Shown here piece after piece: positions 46,490-58,775 of a stretch of 64,000 nt of DNA. Source of the stretch: the human T2T-CHM13v2.0 reference genome, Homo sapiens. Where the stretch lies: NCBI RefSeq assembly GCF_009914755.1, contig NC_060926.1; one strand, given 5' to 3'. Each line of letters starts with the position of its first letter. Position 1 is the first letter of the stretch. The notes below the pieces were generated by a model. That model saw only the letters and a list, made by a program, of their open reading frames with translations, was not told the origin of the DNA and searched no databases. A program made the translations under genes and the position numbers.

Positions 46490-46850
46490 CAACCCTGATT
46501 CTACATTAGAATTACCTGCAGAGCTTCTACAACTATATCCCTAATTGGGCCCACCCCCAGAGAAATTGAGTTAATTGTTTTTGGGTGGTGCCCAGACATG
46601 AGTATTTTAAAAACCTTCTCAGGAGATTCAGATGTCAAGGAAAGCTGAGAACTGCTGGGGTGGAGCGCAGTGATTCTCAAACTCAGGAATCAAAATCGTT
46701 GGGGAGGCTTATCATATTGAGATGGCTTAGCCCCATCCCTAGAGTTTCCGATTCAGTAAGTCTGGGGTGGGGCTCAAGGATTTGTAGTTTTAACAAGTTT
46801 CCAGCTGGTGCTAATGCTGGTCTGGGAACCTCACTTGAAAACCAGTGGGT
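46490..46850. mobile_element. Two adjacent MER5-type hAT-Charlie MITEs
   Basis: CATTAGAATTACCTG..GGGCCCACCCCCAGAGA..GAGAACTGCTG, then CAGTGATTCTCAAA..GATTCAGTAAGTCTGGGGTGGGGC..TTGAAAACCAGTG. Confidence 0.8.
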
Positions 46851-47921
46851 TAGAGAACAGAAACAGGAGCCAGTATTGAAAGAGGGTGTGAGCGATATGG
46901 AGGAAAATAGAAGGAAGTTGGAACTTCTGTCCTGTAAGGGAGAAAATACAGAGCACAGCTACAATCACAGAAATGACGAGGGCAGAGGCAAAACTAGATC
47001 ATTCTGGACAACGAAGGAGAAGATATACAAAGCAAAGTCCAGACACAGATGGCAGGACAGAGCAGAAACCAGAGGAACTGTTCTGGATGAGCTGGGTAAG
47101 ACACGAATGTGGAAAGGTAGACACACACACAGAAAAGACAAGCACAGAAATGGCTGGGGAAAGAGGGACAACTGGAAGGACTATTCTGGAGTTTGAGAGA
47201 ATGGCCAAATGTAGAGTCATCGGCACTTATAGATGGAGTTTCAGCGATCTTGTAGAGCGCCTTTAGGTAGGTAAGTGAAACTAGAAGTGAAGGCAGGCTG
47301 CGAATGAGAGAAAAGTTGAGGAGGTAGAGGGAAATCAGATGCATATCCTTGAAACCGCTGTGGATCTGCTAACTCATTCAGGGAGCAGGCAGGTAATGGA
47401 AGTCAGTGAAGGGGGTCAGTTGTGAGCACCTGGAACAAGCATGCTTGGTCTAAATAGATAGCAGAGACAGCTCCGGGTGATTGTGGTCATTCAGGATCAC
47501 AAGTCTTACTGCCCTGCTAAGGGTGCCAATGTATGCAGCTCTTGAAAATGGGCTTCAATTTGTCTTTAAGACATCACGCTTGCCAAATCTGTGTATACCA
47601 AATCAACTGGGTTTGTGGGCTAGTTTGCTACCTTTGGACTACTTAGTATCTATGATCCTTTATATCTCTCAATTTTCATCATGTGAGTAAAGGATTAGAG
47701 ATGTCACCCAGGAGTGTTGTCCAGTACTTCAAAAAAAGAGAAAGACAGTTGCCTTACACATGTGAGTTGCCTTATGTAAGCATAATGGGAGTCAAGAATA
47801 GTCACTAACAGGCTGCCTTGATCAAAGCATAGAACTAAGCACAAAGAAGATGTACTTTATATCACACTAATGGGTCTGTTCTCCGTTTGGAGCATGAACT
47901 ATAAAAAATAGCAAGCTTGAT

Positions 47922-48995
47922 CACTTGTATGTCTTTTCCTTGAAGAAGTGTCTGTTCATGTCTTTTGTCCACTTTTTCATGGGGCTATTTGTTTATTCTT
48001 GTCAAGTTCCTTATAGATTCTGGATGTTAGACCTTTGTCAGATGCATTGTTTGCAAATATTTTCTCCCATCCTGTAGACTGTTTATTCTGTTGATAGCTC
48101 CTTTTGCTGTGCAGAAGCTCTTTAGTTTAATTAGGTCCCACTTGTCAATTTTTGTTTTTGTTGCAATTGCTTTTGAGGACTTAGTTATAAATTCTTTCCC
48201 AGGGCTGATAATCCAGAATGATGTTTCCTATGTTAGTAATAATGAGAAAAATGCAAACTGAAACCACAATGAGATACCATCTCACACCAGTCAGAATGGC
48301 TATTATTAAAAAGTCAAATAACAACAGATGCTGGTGAGGCTATGGAGAAAAAGGAATGCTTAGACACTGTTGGTGGGAATGTAAATTAGTTCAGCTACTG
48401 TGGAAAGTAGTTTGGAGATTTCTCAGAGAACTTTAAAAAGAACTACCATTCAACCCAGCAATCTCATTACTGGGTACATATTTAAAAGAAAATGAAACAT
48501 TTTACCAAAAGACACATGCACTCATATGTTCATTGCAGCACTATTCACAATAGCAGAGACATGGAATCAACCTCGGTGCTCATCAGTAGTAGACTGGATT
48601 AAAAAAAAGTCATATACACTGTGGAATATATGCAGCCATAAAAAAGAACAAAATCATGTTTTTTTGCAGCAAACCAGATGCATCTGGAGGCCATTATCTT
48701 AAACAAATTGACCCAGGAATAGAAAACCAAATATCACATGTTTTCACTTATAAGTGTGAGCTAAATATTGGGTACTCATGGACATAATGATGGCAACAAT
48801 GACACTGGGGACTACTGGAGTGGGAAGGGAGGGAGGGAGCAAGGGTGTAAAAACTATTGGGTACTATGCTCACTACCTGGCTGACAGGTTCAGTTATATC
48901 CCAAACCTCAGCATCATACAATATACCTTTGTAACAAACTTGCACATGTACCCCCCTTATTCTAAAGTAAAAGTTAAAATTATATTAAACAAATG
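47922..48995 (+). mobile_element. 5'-inverted L1PA15/16-like insertion
   Basis: Antisense ORF2 at about 47922-48233, then sense ORF2 C-terminus and 3'UTR (ACCACAATGAGATACCATCTCACACCAGTCAG..CCCAAACCTCAGCATCATAC) to an A-rich end. Confidence 0.88.
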
Positions 48996-51174
48996 ATAAG
49001 GATACACTAGTCGGCATTCAGAGAAAACTGGCCAGGAATGTGAGGCTCTTCTTTTTCCAAGTCTAAAGAGAAATTGTTGAATTACTTGGCTATCATTCAA
49101 CAATGAGTCAGTGGAACTGTTTTCACATTTCGAAAGAATGTCTTTAGAAAGAGGAATTTAATTTATTCCAACCAGCACAAGTGGACTTTGTGATAGAATT
49201 TCCTCCCATTTAATGAGTGTCTTTCCATTGTCAGAACCATCTGTGTGGGAGTGAACTGCCCAGGGAGCAGGAGCTTCCCATCTCTGGAAGGGACCATACA
49301 CAAAATGCACAACCACCAGAATTAGTGTTGAAGGAACTCAAACATGCAGTGGATTTTTGTAAGACGACCGTTTATGAGCCTGTAATCTGTGTTTTTATTA
49401 TTCTATGTTTCCTCGCAAATGAACAAAGTTTTGAAGAACTTGCGTGAAGTCAACCCGAATATGTGCCCCAACGATCCTGTAGCTCTGGTTTGTCACCATC
49501 ACTTCCCTGGCTAACTCAGTAAGCCACAAGGCATGAGTGACTGCAATTTTGGGCCATGTTCAATCTGAACACATTCCCGGATTCTTTAACACGTTTGCAA
49601 CATCAAAGGATAGGAAGCAGGAGAGGCAATTAGACGCAGTGCTTGGTAATCAAGTTGAAATCCTTTTACTACTTCTTGTAAGGAGCATTTATTAAGCCCC
49701 TGCTAGGTACCATTTCTATGCTAAGCCTTTCCTTAATTTATCTCATTTTGTCTTTTTAACACCCCTATGTGGTTGCTACACTCTCAGTACCTATTTAACA
49801 CTTGAGGGAAGTTAGGGCCCCAAATCAGAGCCAACAAATGAACCCAGGTCTCTCTGAGATCCATACAACCTTGGACAAGTCATTTAGTCCCTGGAAAAAT
49901 TAGTTTTGACATTTTTTAAATGAAGATACTCTTTTTAGCTTGGAAGTTTGTAGTTTCAAGTGAGCACCTCCATGTGAACTTTCTGTAAATTTTAACGTGC
50001 AGATATTACTGTAAAAATATGTGAATCCATGAAAAAGAACCTCAGTGTGTTTTTCTATTGCTACATAGGTAGAAGAGGTAGAAGAAGATGTCTTGTGATT
50101 ATGGACTTTTTGAGTTAGCAGTGATTTAAAACCTTTTATAATTCTATGCTATGCCCTGGAAGTAATGAAGAAAAGAATTAAAAAGACAAACTGCCACGTA
50201 GACAGATCTCAGTATTTAAAAATCAAGCTTATAATGGGATAAGCAATTGTCTCTATGTGAGACCTGGCAATTTAAATGCTAAAAGTAGAAAAGCTGGAAA
50301 ATAATATTTACATTTTAATGCAATATTCAACTAAGTGGCTCCTCATCTTTAAAATATTTGAGAAGCCTGATTTTCTAGAATATAAAAATACAAATTATAT
50401 TGTATTTCTTTGAACAGGAGTGGCTGTGTACTAGTAGTGAGAGTGCACTAGGTACAATTTATCTCAATTAAAATCAGCCACATCTTCCTTGATCTTTATT
50501 GAGTGTGTGTGTTTCATTTAAATAAAGTCATAATCCCTTCTCCAGATACACACACCCTTTCACCAAACTCCTTAGAAAATGAGCTCCCATTTTATTGTGT
50601 TTATGTATAAACAGAACAGTTATTTGGAAAAAGTATTTGAGAGTCCACCTATCTAGCTGACAATGATAAGTTCAATTTGTGGGTTTTTCTTAATCTTCTT
50701 GTTCTCATGCTTTGAAAAATATCTTCACGATTAGAAACCATTTCTGTATACATTATTAACATATTTGACACTACACGAGGTAGCCTATGTTTGTATCACA
50801 TTTCCTTCTGAGAAGAGCAGCTGGTTCCTTTTGCTGCTTAGTAAAGACGAAGGTTATTTTTCTCCGTCTTAAATGTTTGCCTTCTATCAGGCCTACCCTT
50901 GGGTTAGTTCTGGCCCTATTCCCTCCTTAAAGCCTGAATCAAATACTGACTGGAGTTTGGTTTCTTTCCTATCTCTACAGCAATTACCGTTGACACTACC
51001 TACTAAAACACTTACAAGACAGCAGGACTCAATTGTTTTTCCCCTCAGCAGAATACAGTAGTGAAAGAGAATCCTTAAATGGATGCCTAATATGTAAAAT
51101 AGGAAGAGCCTAGCAGGGCCTTTCTGTTAGAATCCATTAGACCTGAGTTAGGAACCTCTAGTGAATTCTTATAA

Positions 51175-51521
<347 letters not shown>

Positions 51522-51709
51522 CATCTATTTTCAATACAAGTTTAGCTTTTTCATGCCATAAGGGCTCAGTCACCCTTCACAGTTTCCAGTTCTACACTAC
51601 ACCCAGATGGCTCAAGCCTATAGCCAGAGATAAAAACTTAGAGGCATCTCTTTCATCTTGTTTCCCAGAAACTTCCTTTAAAGGGACCATTCAGGTGTTT
51701 ATTTTTCAA

Positions 51710-51767
51710 TTGGTGCAAAAAAAAAAAAAAAAAACAAAAAACGCAATTACTTTTGCACCAACCTAAT
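51710..51767. mobile_element. MADE1 (Hsmar1-derived MITE), internally collapsed
   Basis: The right arm CGCAATTACTTTTGCACCAACCTAAT matches MADE1. The left arm is reduced to TTGGTGCAAAA. Confidence 0.88.
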
Positions 51768-52249
51768 CTTTGCCCATGAACTTAAAGTGACATGCATCCT
51801 ATTCCCTTATATATACTGCTAGTTGCCACAATCTGTGCACTCACTCACTCTCTCTCTCTGACTCTTCATTCCTGCATCACGTGACTGGGACAGTCCTTAT
51901 TGCCAGAGCAATGGTCAGGCAGTTGCACACGGGTCATACAAGAGCTACAAGGGCATCTTCCAGTATAAACAAGTTTCCCGTGTGAGGGACCTCCTTTCAT
52001 GGGTTGAAAAATGAGGCATTAGGCTCTCCACCAGGTCCAAAAGTATTCCGTGAAAGGCATACTTCCACACTCATGTCCAGGTCCCTTCGTTTTCTGTTAG
52101 GGGAGGGTTGTTGGTCACCTCCATTTAGCTGGGGGCTCTCAAAACAGAACCCCTTCTGTATCTGACCAGCTGAGGCCCTCATTGGAACTCCTGATTCCAC
52201 AGAGAAGGATTTGAAAACCACTAGAAAAAAAGTGACAAATTCTAGTTTC

Positions 52250-52565
52250 TACAGGGGCAAGGCAGATAATATAAAGGAAGGAAATGTACTGGTGGGATCT
52301 GGGCTACACGAGGGGAGCATGCTCAGTCTAAAGGGACTGCTACATCTCACACTAATGTCAAGTAGAAACTAAAGGCCCGGTCTTTCCAGATCATTATCAT
52401 TCTTCAAGAGAAGACAGATTTCCAGATTGCCTTTAATATGATATTCTCAACTTACGAATATTGGCAATAAATTTATTTTTATTTTTTATAAAATGATGGA
52501 TAGGCAAAATAAAGCACATCTGCTAGCCAAATCTAGCCTGCAAACTCCCAGATAGTGACCTCTGC
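52250..52565. mobile_element. MER102-like hAT-Charlie element
   Basis: CCAGATC..TTCAAGAGAAGACAG..TATTGGCAA..GCACATCTGC..GTGACCTCTG. Confidence 0.55.
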
Positions 52566-53594
52566 ATCTTTAAATGTAGACCTGAGTAAAGAAAAGATCA
52601 TGCTTGTTATATTTGTTACTTTGTCTTCAGTGCCAAATATAATAACCCCTGGTGCAGAGCAGGTGTTCAAATTTGTTGAATGAAAGAATAAGTGATGAAT
52701 GGCTAGATTGTCTAGACCACTGTCATAATGTTTCCAGTAATTTCATTGTTTTCTGCCTTAAGTGAAGGCAATGTGGTATGATAGAAAGACACCTGGTAAG
52801 AAGAGAAGGTGTGGTTCACAGTATAAATCTGTCTACTCTTATTTTACTTGCGTCTTAGTTTGCTTATCTACAAAATGAAGCTGAGATTAGATGACTATAT
52901 TATTTTTTTCAACCAATACTTCAAGGAGCTTTTAAAACTTTGGTAAGAGATGACTCAAGTGGCTTCTGAAGGGATGAGATGAATGCCTGATAAGGAGAGT
53001 CTTTGGGATTTAGGGATTCAGAAGGTTACATTTGCTTTTTGGTAAATGATAGCAGTATAAACATAATTATTTTTCTACTTCTTTCCAGAACCTTGCAGAA
53101 ATGACAAGAAAGGTTTGATTGTTTGATTTTGTAATATAAGGCATAAGAGAACAGACTAAGAGACAGGCCAAGAGAGCGAAGAACAATACAAGAGCAAAAA
53201 GAAATGAGAAACTGGGGACTTAGCCAACTCAAGAATGTTTAATTCTAAGTCAGACTGCTACTTTTTACACCAAGTCAAGTCTTGTAGAACTCTTTGATTC
53301 TTTGGACTATGTCCATGTATAACCTTTAAAATGTATTTTAAAAGGATACATTTTAGCAGAAAGTTCTAATGTTAAAAATATTGTAAACCCCTTGAATAGA
53401 AAGTCCTCCAGGATTTACTATTCTATGATTATATCCAGCACAGTAGGCTGCATTGTATGGAGTTGTGGGTTTTGTACATTCCTCTAAGTCCTGATACAAC
53501 ACATGTTAGATGGGCATACAGCTTCAGATTCATAAATGCTTCTTGTCAAGACCACATTGTTCTGGCATCTTTACACACAAAAATCAGAAGGAGA

Positions 53595-53881
<287 letters not shown>

Positions 53882-54514
53882 AAAAATCAGAAGGAGAGTC
53901 TGAGGAAAGACACATAGCACCTTCCCTGGTAATGAGTTCTGTGAAATTCTGTGCTTTTAAAGCTCACTGTCACATCTTTCATTTATGAAATCTCTGTAAG
54001 AATCCAGGATCCAAGTCATTTGTTTTAGAAATTCATTAATTGGCCTTTCAGAGCCAAGACAACAAGTATGGCCAAAGAATCATTTCTGATGAGATCAGTA
54101 ATAGCAAATCTGAAGCAATCTCATTTTAGAAAATATCTAAATGGGTCTCACTCATCAATGTGTTTCAGATTCTTTCACGGCTTCAAATATAATGGACAGA
54201 GCTGGGTTTCTTTGAGATAGCATTTCAGTGAAACACTTTTTAATTCATTTTACACAGCTCTTATTAGATTTGTAAGAGGATACACACTGAATAAGCACTC
54301 CATGGTCACTTGAGAGGAGAGTAGTTACGTGACTCATTTAACAGGCAATTACCTGTTTAAAAAGAGACAAATATCCTGTGTCTGACAGAGGCTATGACTG
54401 CATGACATGAACCAAATGTTTGAGACTATTGAAAAATCCTACAATGAAGGGGATTCTGGGCTCCTATACAGAATTCACTGACCTTCAACTAGTAAAAAAT
54501 AGATGCTTGATGGA

Positions 54515-54805
54515 ACTGTTACGAATCTCGCCATCTTAATCATGGTAATGGTTACACAGAGCTACACGTGTGATAAAAACGCATAAAAATACACACACAC
54601 ATACGAGAATGCACATAAAACTAGTAAAATCTGAATAAGGTTGGTGAATTGTGTCAATGTCAGTGTTCTGGTTGTGATATTATACTGCAATGTTAAAAGA
54701 GTTTACCATTAGGGGAAAGTGGGTGAGGAGTATACAGTCTCTCTCTATATTATATCTTACACTGCATGTGAATCTACAATTATCTCAAGATAAAAATTCA
54801 CAAAA
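54515..54805 (+). mobile_element. L1MC/MD-type 3'UTR fragment
   Basis: AAAATCTGAATAAG..TGGTTGTGATATTATACT..ACCATTAGGGGAAA..TGCATGTGAATCTACAATTATCTCAA. Confidence 0.75.
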
Positions 54806-55194
54806 CCTAGCAGTTTTTGACTGCATCTATTGATGCGGTATCACCCACTCTACCAGATGGCTTACTGTCATCATCCCACTTATATGTACTGTGAGATAAG
54901 GGTGTGGCTCTTACTTCTGGGCAGGTGGGCTTCACATGGAAGAGCAGCTTCTAAAAGACTCGTGTGTTTCAGAATAGTATTGCTGATGCTGGAATTTAGG
55001 TTAAGATGTAATTCTTTTTTCTCCCTATTCTCATGCATGCTTTGGAATTTGACATCAAGAGAGTTGGCATGGCACCCTGCCTTTGTTTCCTATACTATAT
55101 ATGCTGATGGTTTTGTTTAGCTCTGGATCAGTTTGATAGAGATATTAGAGATGGTCACCTGACAGACAGGTTATTGGATTCTTCTGAGAGTATA

Positions 55195-55652
55195 TTTGTG
55201 AATTGCATTAATGGTTTCTTTCTGTGCCCTTTGCCATGTAACTTTGTAGACATCCATCTACAAATAGGGCTTTGTTTCTACCCCTTGACTCTGGGCTTGG
55301 CCTCGTGCTTGTTTGGGGTAATGTTAGCAGACATGAGCAAGCAGAGACTTGAAAATCATTTGTGCGGTTGAGCTTTCCCTTTTGGACTTAGAACATCGCC
55401 AGGACAAGAATGTGCCTGGAGTAGCCTATCCTTTAGCAGGAGGACGATGAAAGAAAGGTGGAGCAGAGCTGCCCAATTAAACTGCACCAGCAAAAGTTCA
55501 GCCTGAAGCAGAGTCTCTGGTTGACCCACAGACTTATAATAAGCCCAGTCCAAAGTAGCTGCCCCACGGACACATGAATTCTAATTGTTGATTGTTGTTT
55601 GAAACCATAGGGTTTTGAGGTGATTTTATATGCAGGAGTAGTTGGTAATCAT
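55195..55652 (+). mobile_element. MLT1H-like MaLR solo LTR
   Basis: CCCTTTGCCATGTAACTTTG..CCCCTTGACTCTGGGCTTGGCC..GCAAGCAGAGACTTGAAAA. Confidence 0.7.
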
Positions 55653-56010
55653 TATAATTGTGAAGGATGGCCTTTTGGATTTCAGATAGGCGACGGGGAT
55701 CTGAAAGATCGAAATAGAAGGGCAGTGTGTGTGGTGGGGGACATCTGTTAATTCTCCACACTTGTAGGAACTAGAATACCAAACGGCAACTGAGTTACAG
55801 AAAATGGACAGCTACCCATTATTACAGTGTAGGAGATAAGGTCTCCTTAGGTCATGAAGTTAAACTGATGCTCAGATACCTGAGCTTTTTAATTAAGTTC
55901 ATTTGAACAAAGACCAAGTGGGGTTGAACCAGCAACAACGAATTAAGTGGCCTAAACTATTAGGTCTATGGAGAAAGAAATCAAGCAGTATGTTGAGGTT
56001 AGATCTAGAT

Positions 56011-56211
56011 CAGGAGGTAGAATTTTTTTTGTGAAGGTCCAGATAGCAAATATTTTACACTTTGTGGGCTCTACACTCTCTATCACAACTTTTCAACATT
56101 CAACATTGCTAACATGCAAATAAATGTGATTGACTACATTCAATAAAATTTTATTTACAAAAACATAGAGTGTCTGGAATTGGCCCACAGGTTATAGTTT
56201 GCTCACTTCTC
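56011..56211. mobile_element. MER58A-like hAT-Charlie MITE
   Basis: CCAGATAGCAAATATTTT..AATAAAATTTTATTTACAAAAAC..GGCCCACAGG..TAGTTTGC. 8-bp TSD ATCTAGAT on both sides. Confidence 0.85.
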
Positions 56212-56645
56212 ATCTAGATTCTTGTAATAATATTGTATTATTGAATAAAACATTTAAAACTAAATATTTGTGAGAAATTTAAGGTAAAAATGGTAAATAT
56301 GTGGCATGTATACTCAAAGTTCTCCCTTTGAGCCAACAATAGACATCACAGTCTTTCCTGGAATTATTTCTCCCAGATTGGAAATGTCCTCTGAATTCTT
56401 CATGTCTCAGCAATCCAGACAGTCTTTACCAATTTGTCATAGCTTGTAAGCTACATAAAGGAAAATAATAATAACCACAACTCAAAGGCTTCTCTTTTAT
56501 CAGCCATAGAAAAATGTTACAACTTTACAAAGTGACTGTGAATTTAAGTTAAACCCTCTGACAACAAATTGGAGGTAAGTGTAATAGAATAATAATAAAA
56601 ACATTGAAATTATAAGAATTTCTTAATGTTATTTTATGTCAAAGC

Positions 56646-56699
56646 ATTTGCTTTTGATGTATACATATTTGCTTTTGATATATACATATTTGCTTTTGA
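56646..56699. repeat. 21-bp minisatellite, about 2.6 copies
   Basis: ATTTGCTTTTGAT(G/A)TATACAT repeated. Confidence 0.9.
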
Positions 56700-57875
56700 A
56701 GCTGTGAAACTTGGATTGAAGATACAGTAGGGAACATGAAGACCCATACTAGGGATCATCTGGTTAAGGTGGAGAGTAGAGTTGTAAAAAAGTAGGGACA
56801 TTGGAGGTGGAGTGAGGAAAGAGTTGTTTGTAAAATTAGATAGGTTCCTTGGTGTGATGCTCCATGAATGTAGCTACACCATGTGTCTGTGGACAGTGAG
56901 ATATGATGATGAGACAGATTGGATAAGAATTTTGGTAACTAATTCCCTAAACTCAGTGGAGGTGAATGTAGTCTTTGCCACAGAGCTGTGATGGCTGCAG
57001 ATGGAAGAAGGTTTGAAGAAAAACAGTGAACACTGCAAGCTATTTTGAGGAAATCTGTCAAAATTGAAAAGTATTTTCTCCTCAGTGGTCCAACATAAGT
57101 CCAATATGGATTATTGATCATGGTTTTGGTAATTTCACTTGAACTGAGCCTAAATAATCAGGCACGTGCTGTGCTGAGTACTGCCAAGGTTGTTTAATTG
57201 CAAAATCAATTCCAAGGCACTGTACCTCCTAGCCAAAGCCTCTTTGCTAATCAGGCCTGAATGCATTGGATGGGGGTAGCCAATAAGATGCAACACTGGC
57301 CTTCTGTTATAACAATGGGATTTCCTTTTTACAGTTCTTTATGGGGCCCTCATCCCTTGGTAATGGCTTGTGAACAGTTTGAACTCCTCAGGCAATTCTT
57401 GAATAATCTTTTCCCCCACACAGCCATAAAGAAGGCCAGCCTGGAAACTTGTATCACATGATTTGATCAGTCTGCTGAGAGGGCTGGAGAGTTCTCTTGA
57501 TATGACACTTGTGAAGTGGTAATAAAGCTGGGTCGGATCCACAGTGGCAGGTGGCTCAGGCATCAGCAATGCAGTCATTTAATGAGATAAACTTGAAAAC
57601 ACCAAGCAAAAGTTTGGAGGACTGAATGTTTAGTGAGAGAGTTCAATGAGTAGAGTTATTCTTTGGAGAGGGTCCCCCCAAAGCCTTGGAAGAAGTAAAA
57701 ATTGTAGGGCTATGACTTTGGAGTGAGCCCATAAAACTTTCTAATTCTTGCCAAAACAGAAAGGATTTTAAAATGTCAAGTTGGATGTGATTCCTCTTGA
57801 AGCAGGACTTACAGTTGCCCTGGAGTCACAGGGGGTTGGGCTGAGGACAACTTTGACTTAATTTGCATTTTCCCA

Positions 57876-58236
57876 GCCTTAGTCCGTTTTCACACTGCTG
57901 TAAAGATACCACCTGAGATTGGGTAATTTACAAAAACAGAAGACATTTAATTTACTCACAGTTCTGCATGGCTAGAGAGGCCTCAGGAAACCTACAATCA
58001 TGGCGGAAGGTGAAGGGGAAGAAAGGCATGTCTTACCTGGTGGCACAAGAGAGAGAGATGTGGGCAAAACTGCCATTTTTAAACCATCAGATCTCATGAG
58101 AACTCCCTCAGTATCACGAGAACAGCATGGTGGAAACCACCCTAATCGCCTCTCTCCCACCAGGTTCCTCCCTCGACACATGGGGATTACAATTTGAGAT
58201 GAGACTTGAGTGGGAACACAGACTCAAACCATGTCA
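57876..58236 (-). mobile_element. THE1/MST-type MaLR solo LTR
   Basis: TTAGTCCGTTTTCACACTGCTG..GGCCTCAGGAAAC..CCATCAGATCTCATGAGAACTC..CAAACCATGTCA. Confidence 0.9.
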
Positions 58237-58540
58237 CCAACCTATGCCCTACTGAAAGACGGGTATTCTGAGATCAAGTGACACTAATCATCCTGAGCTG
58301 AGATTTCCCAGTATTCCTCTCTACCTCCACTCTTCCTTTGACACCTCTCTGACCACTCCTCAACCGCCAACCCCCATGCACATCTTCGATCATGAGAAAA
58401 AAAAAGAAGACGGGACCTCTCCTCTTTATCTTGTTTTTGTGTTCCAGACTCAGAGTCTCTTGTCCAAAATGGTTGGTCAGACAACTTATGAGTGAAGCTG
58501 AATCTAACAGTGTCAAGTGTCTATAAATTGTTATGCTCTC

Positions 58541-58775
58541 AGCAGATCACAAGGTCAAGAGATCGAGACCAACCTCACCAACATGGTGAAACTCTGTCTC
58601 TACTAAAAATACAAAAATTAGCTGAGCATGTTGATGTGTACCTGTAGTCCCAGCTACTCAGGAGGCTGAAGCAGGAGAATCTCTTGAACCCAGGAGGCAG
58701 ATGTTGCAGTGAGCTGAGATCACACCACTGTGCTCCAGCCTGGGCGACAGAGTGAGACTCCGTCTCAAAAAAAAA
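58541..58775 (+). mobile_element. 5'-truncated AluSc-like SINE
   Basis: Starts AGCAGATCACAAGGTCAAGAGATCGAG. 16-bp TSD AAATTGTTA(T/C)GCTCTC. Confidence 0.95.

Noticed and set aside
46585-47196. Longest ORF in the window (203 aa, plus strand)
   Set aside because: It starts at GTG. Its first about 90 codons lie in MER5 MITEs and the rest is purine-rich sequence poor in stop codons. I recognise no domain and see no exon support.
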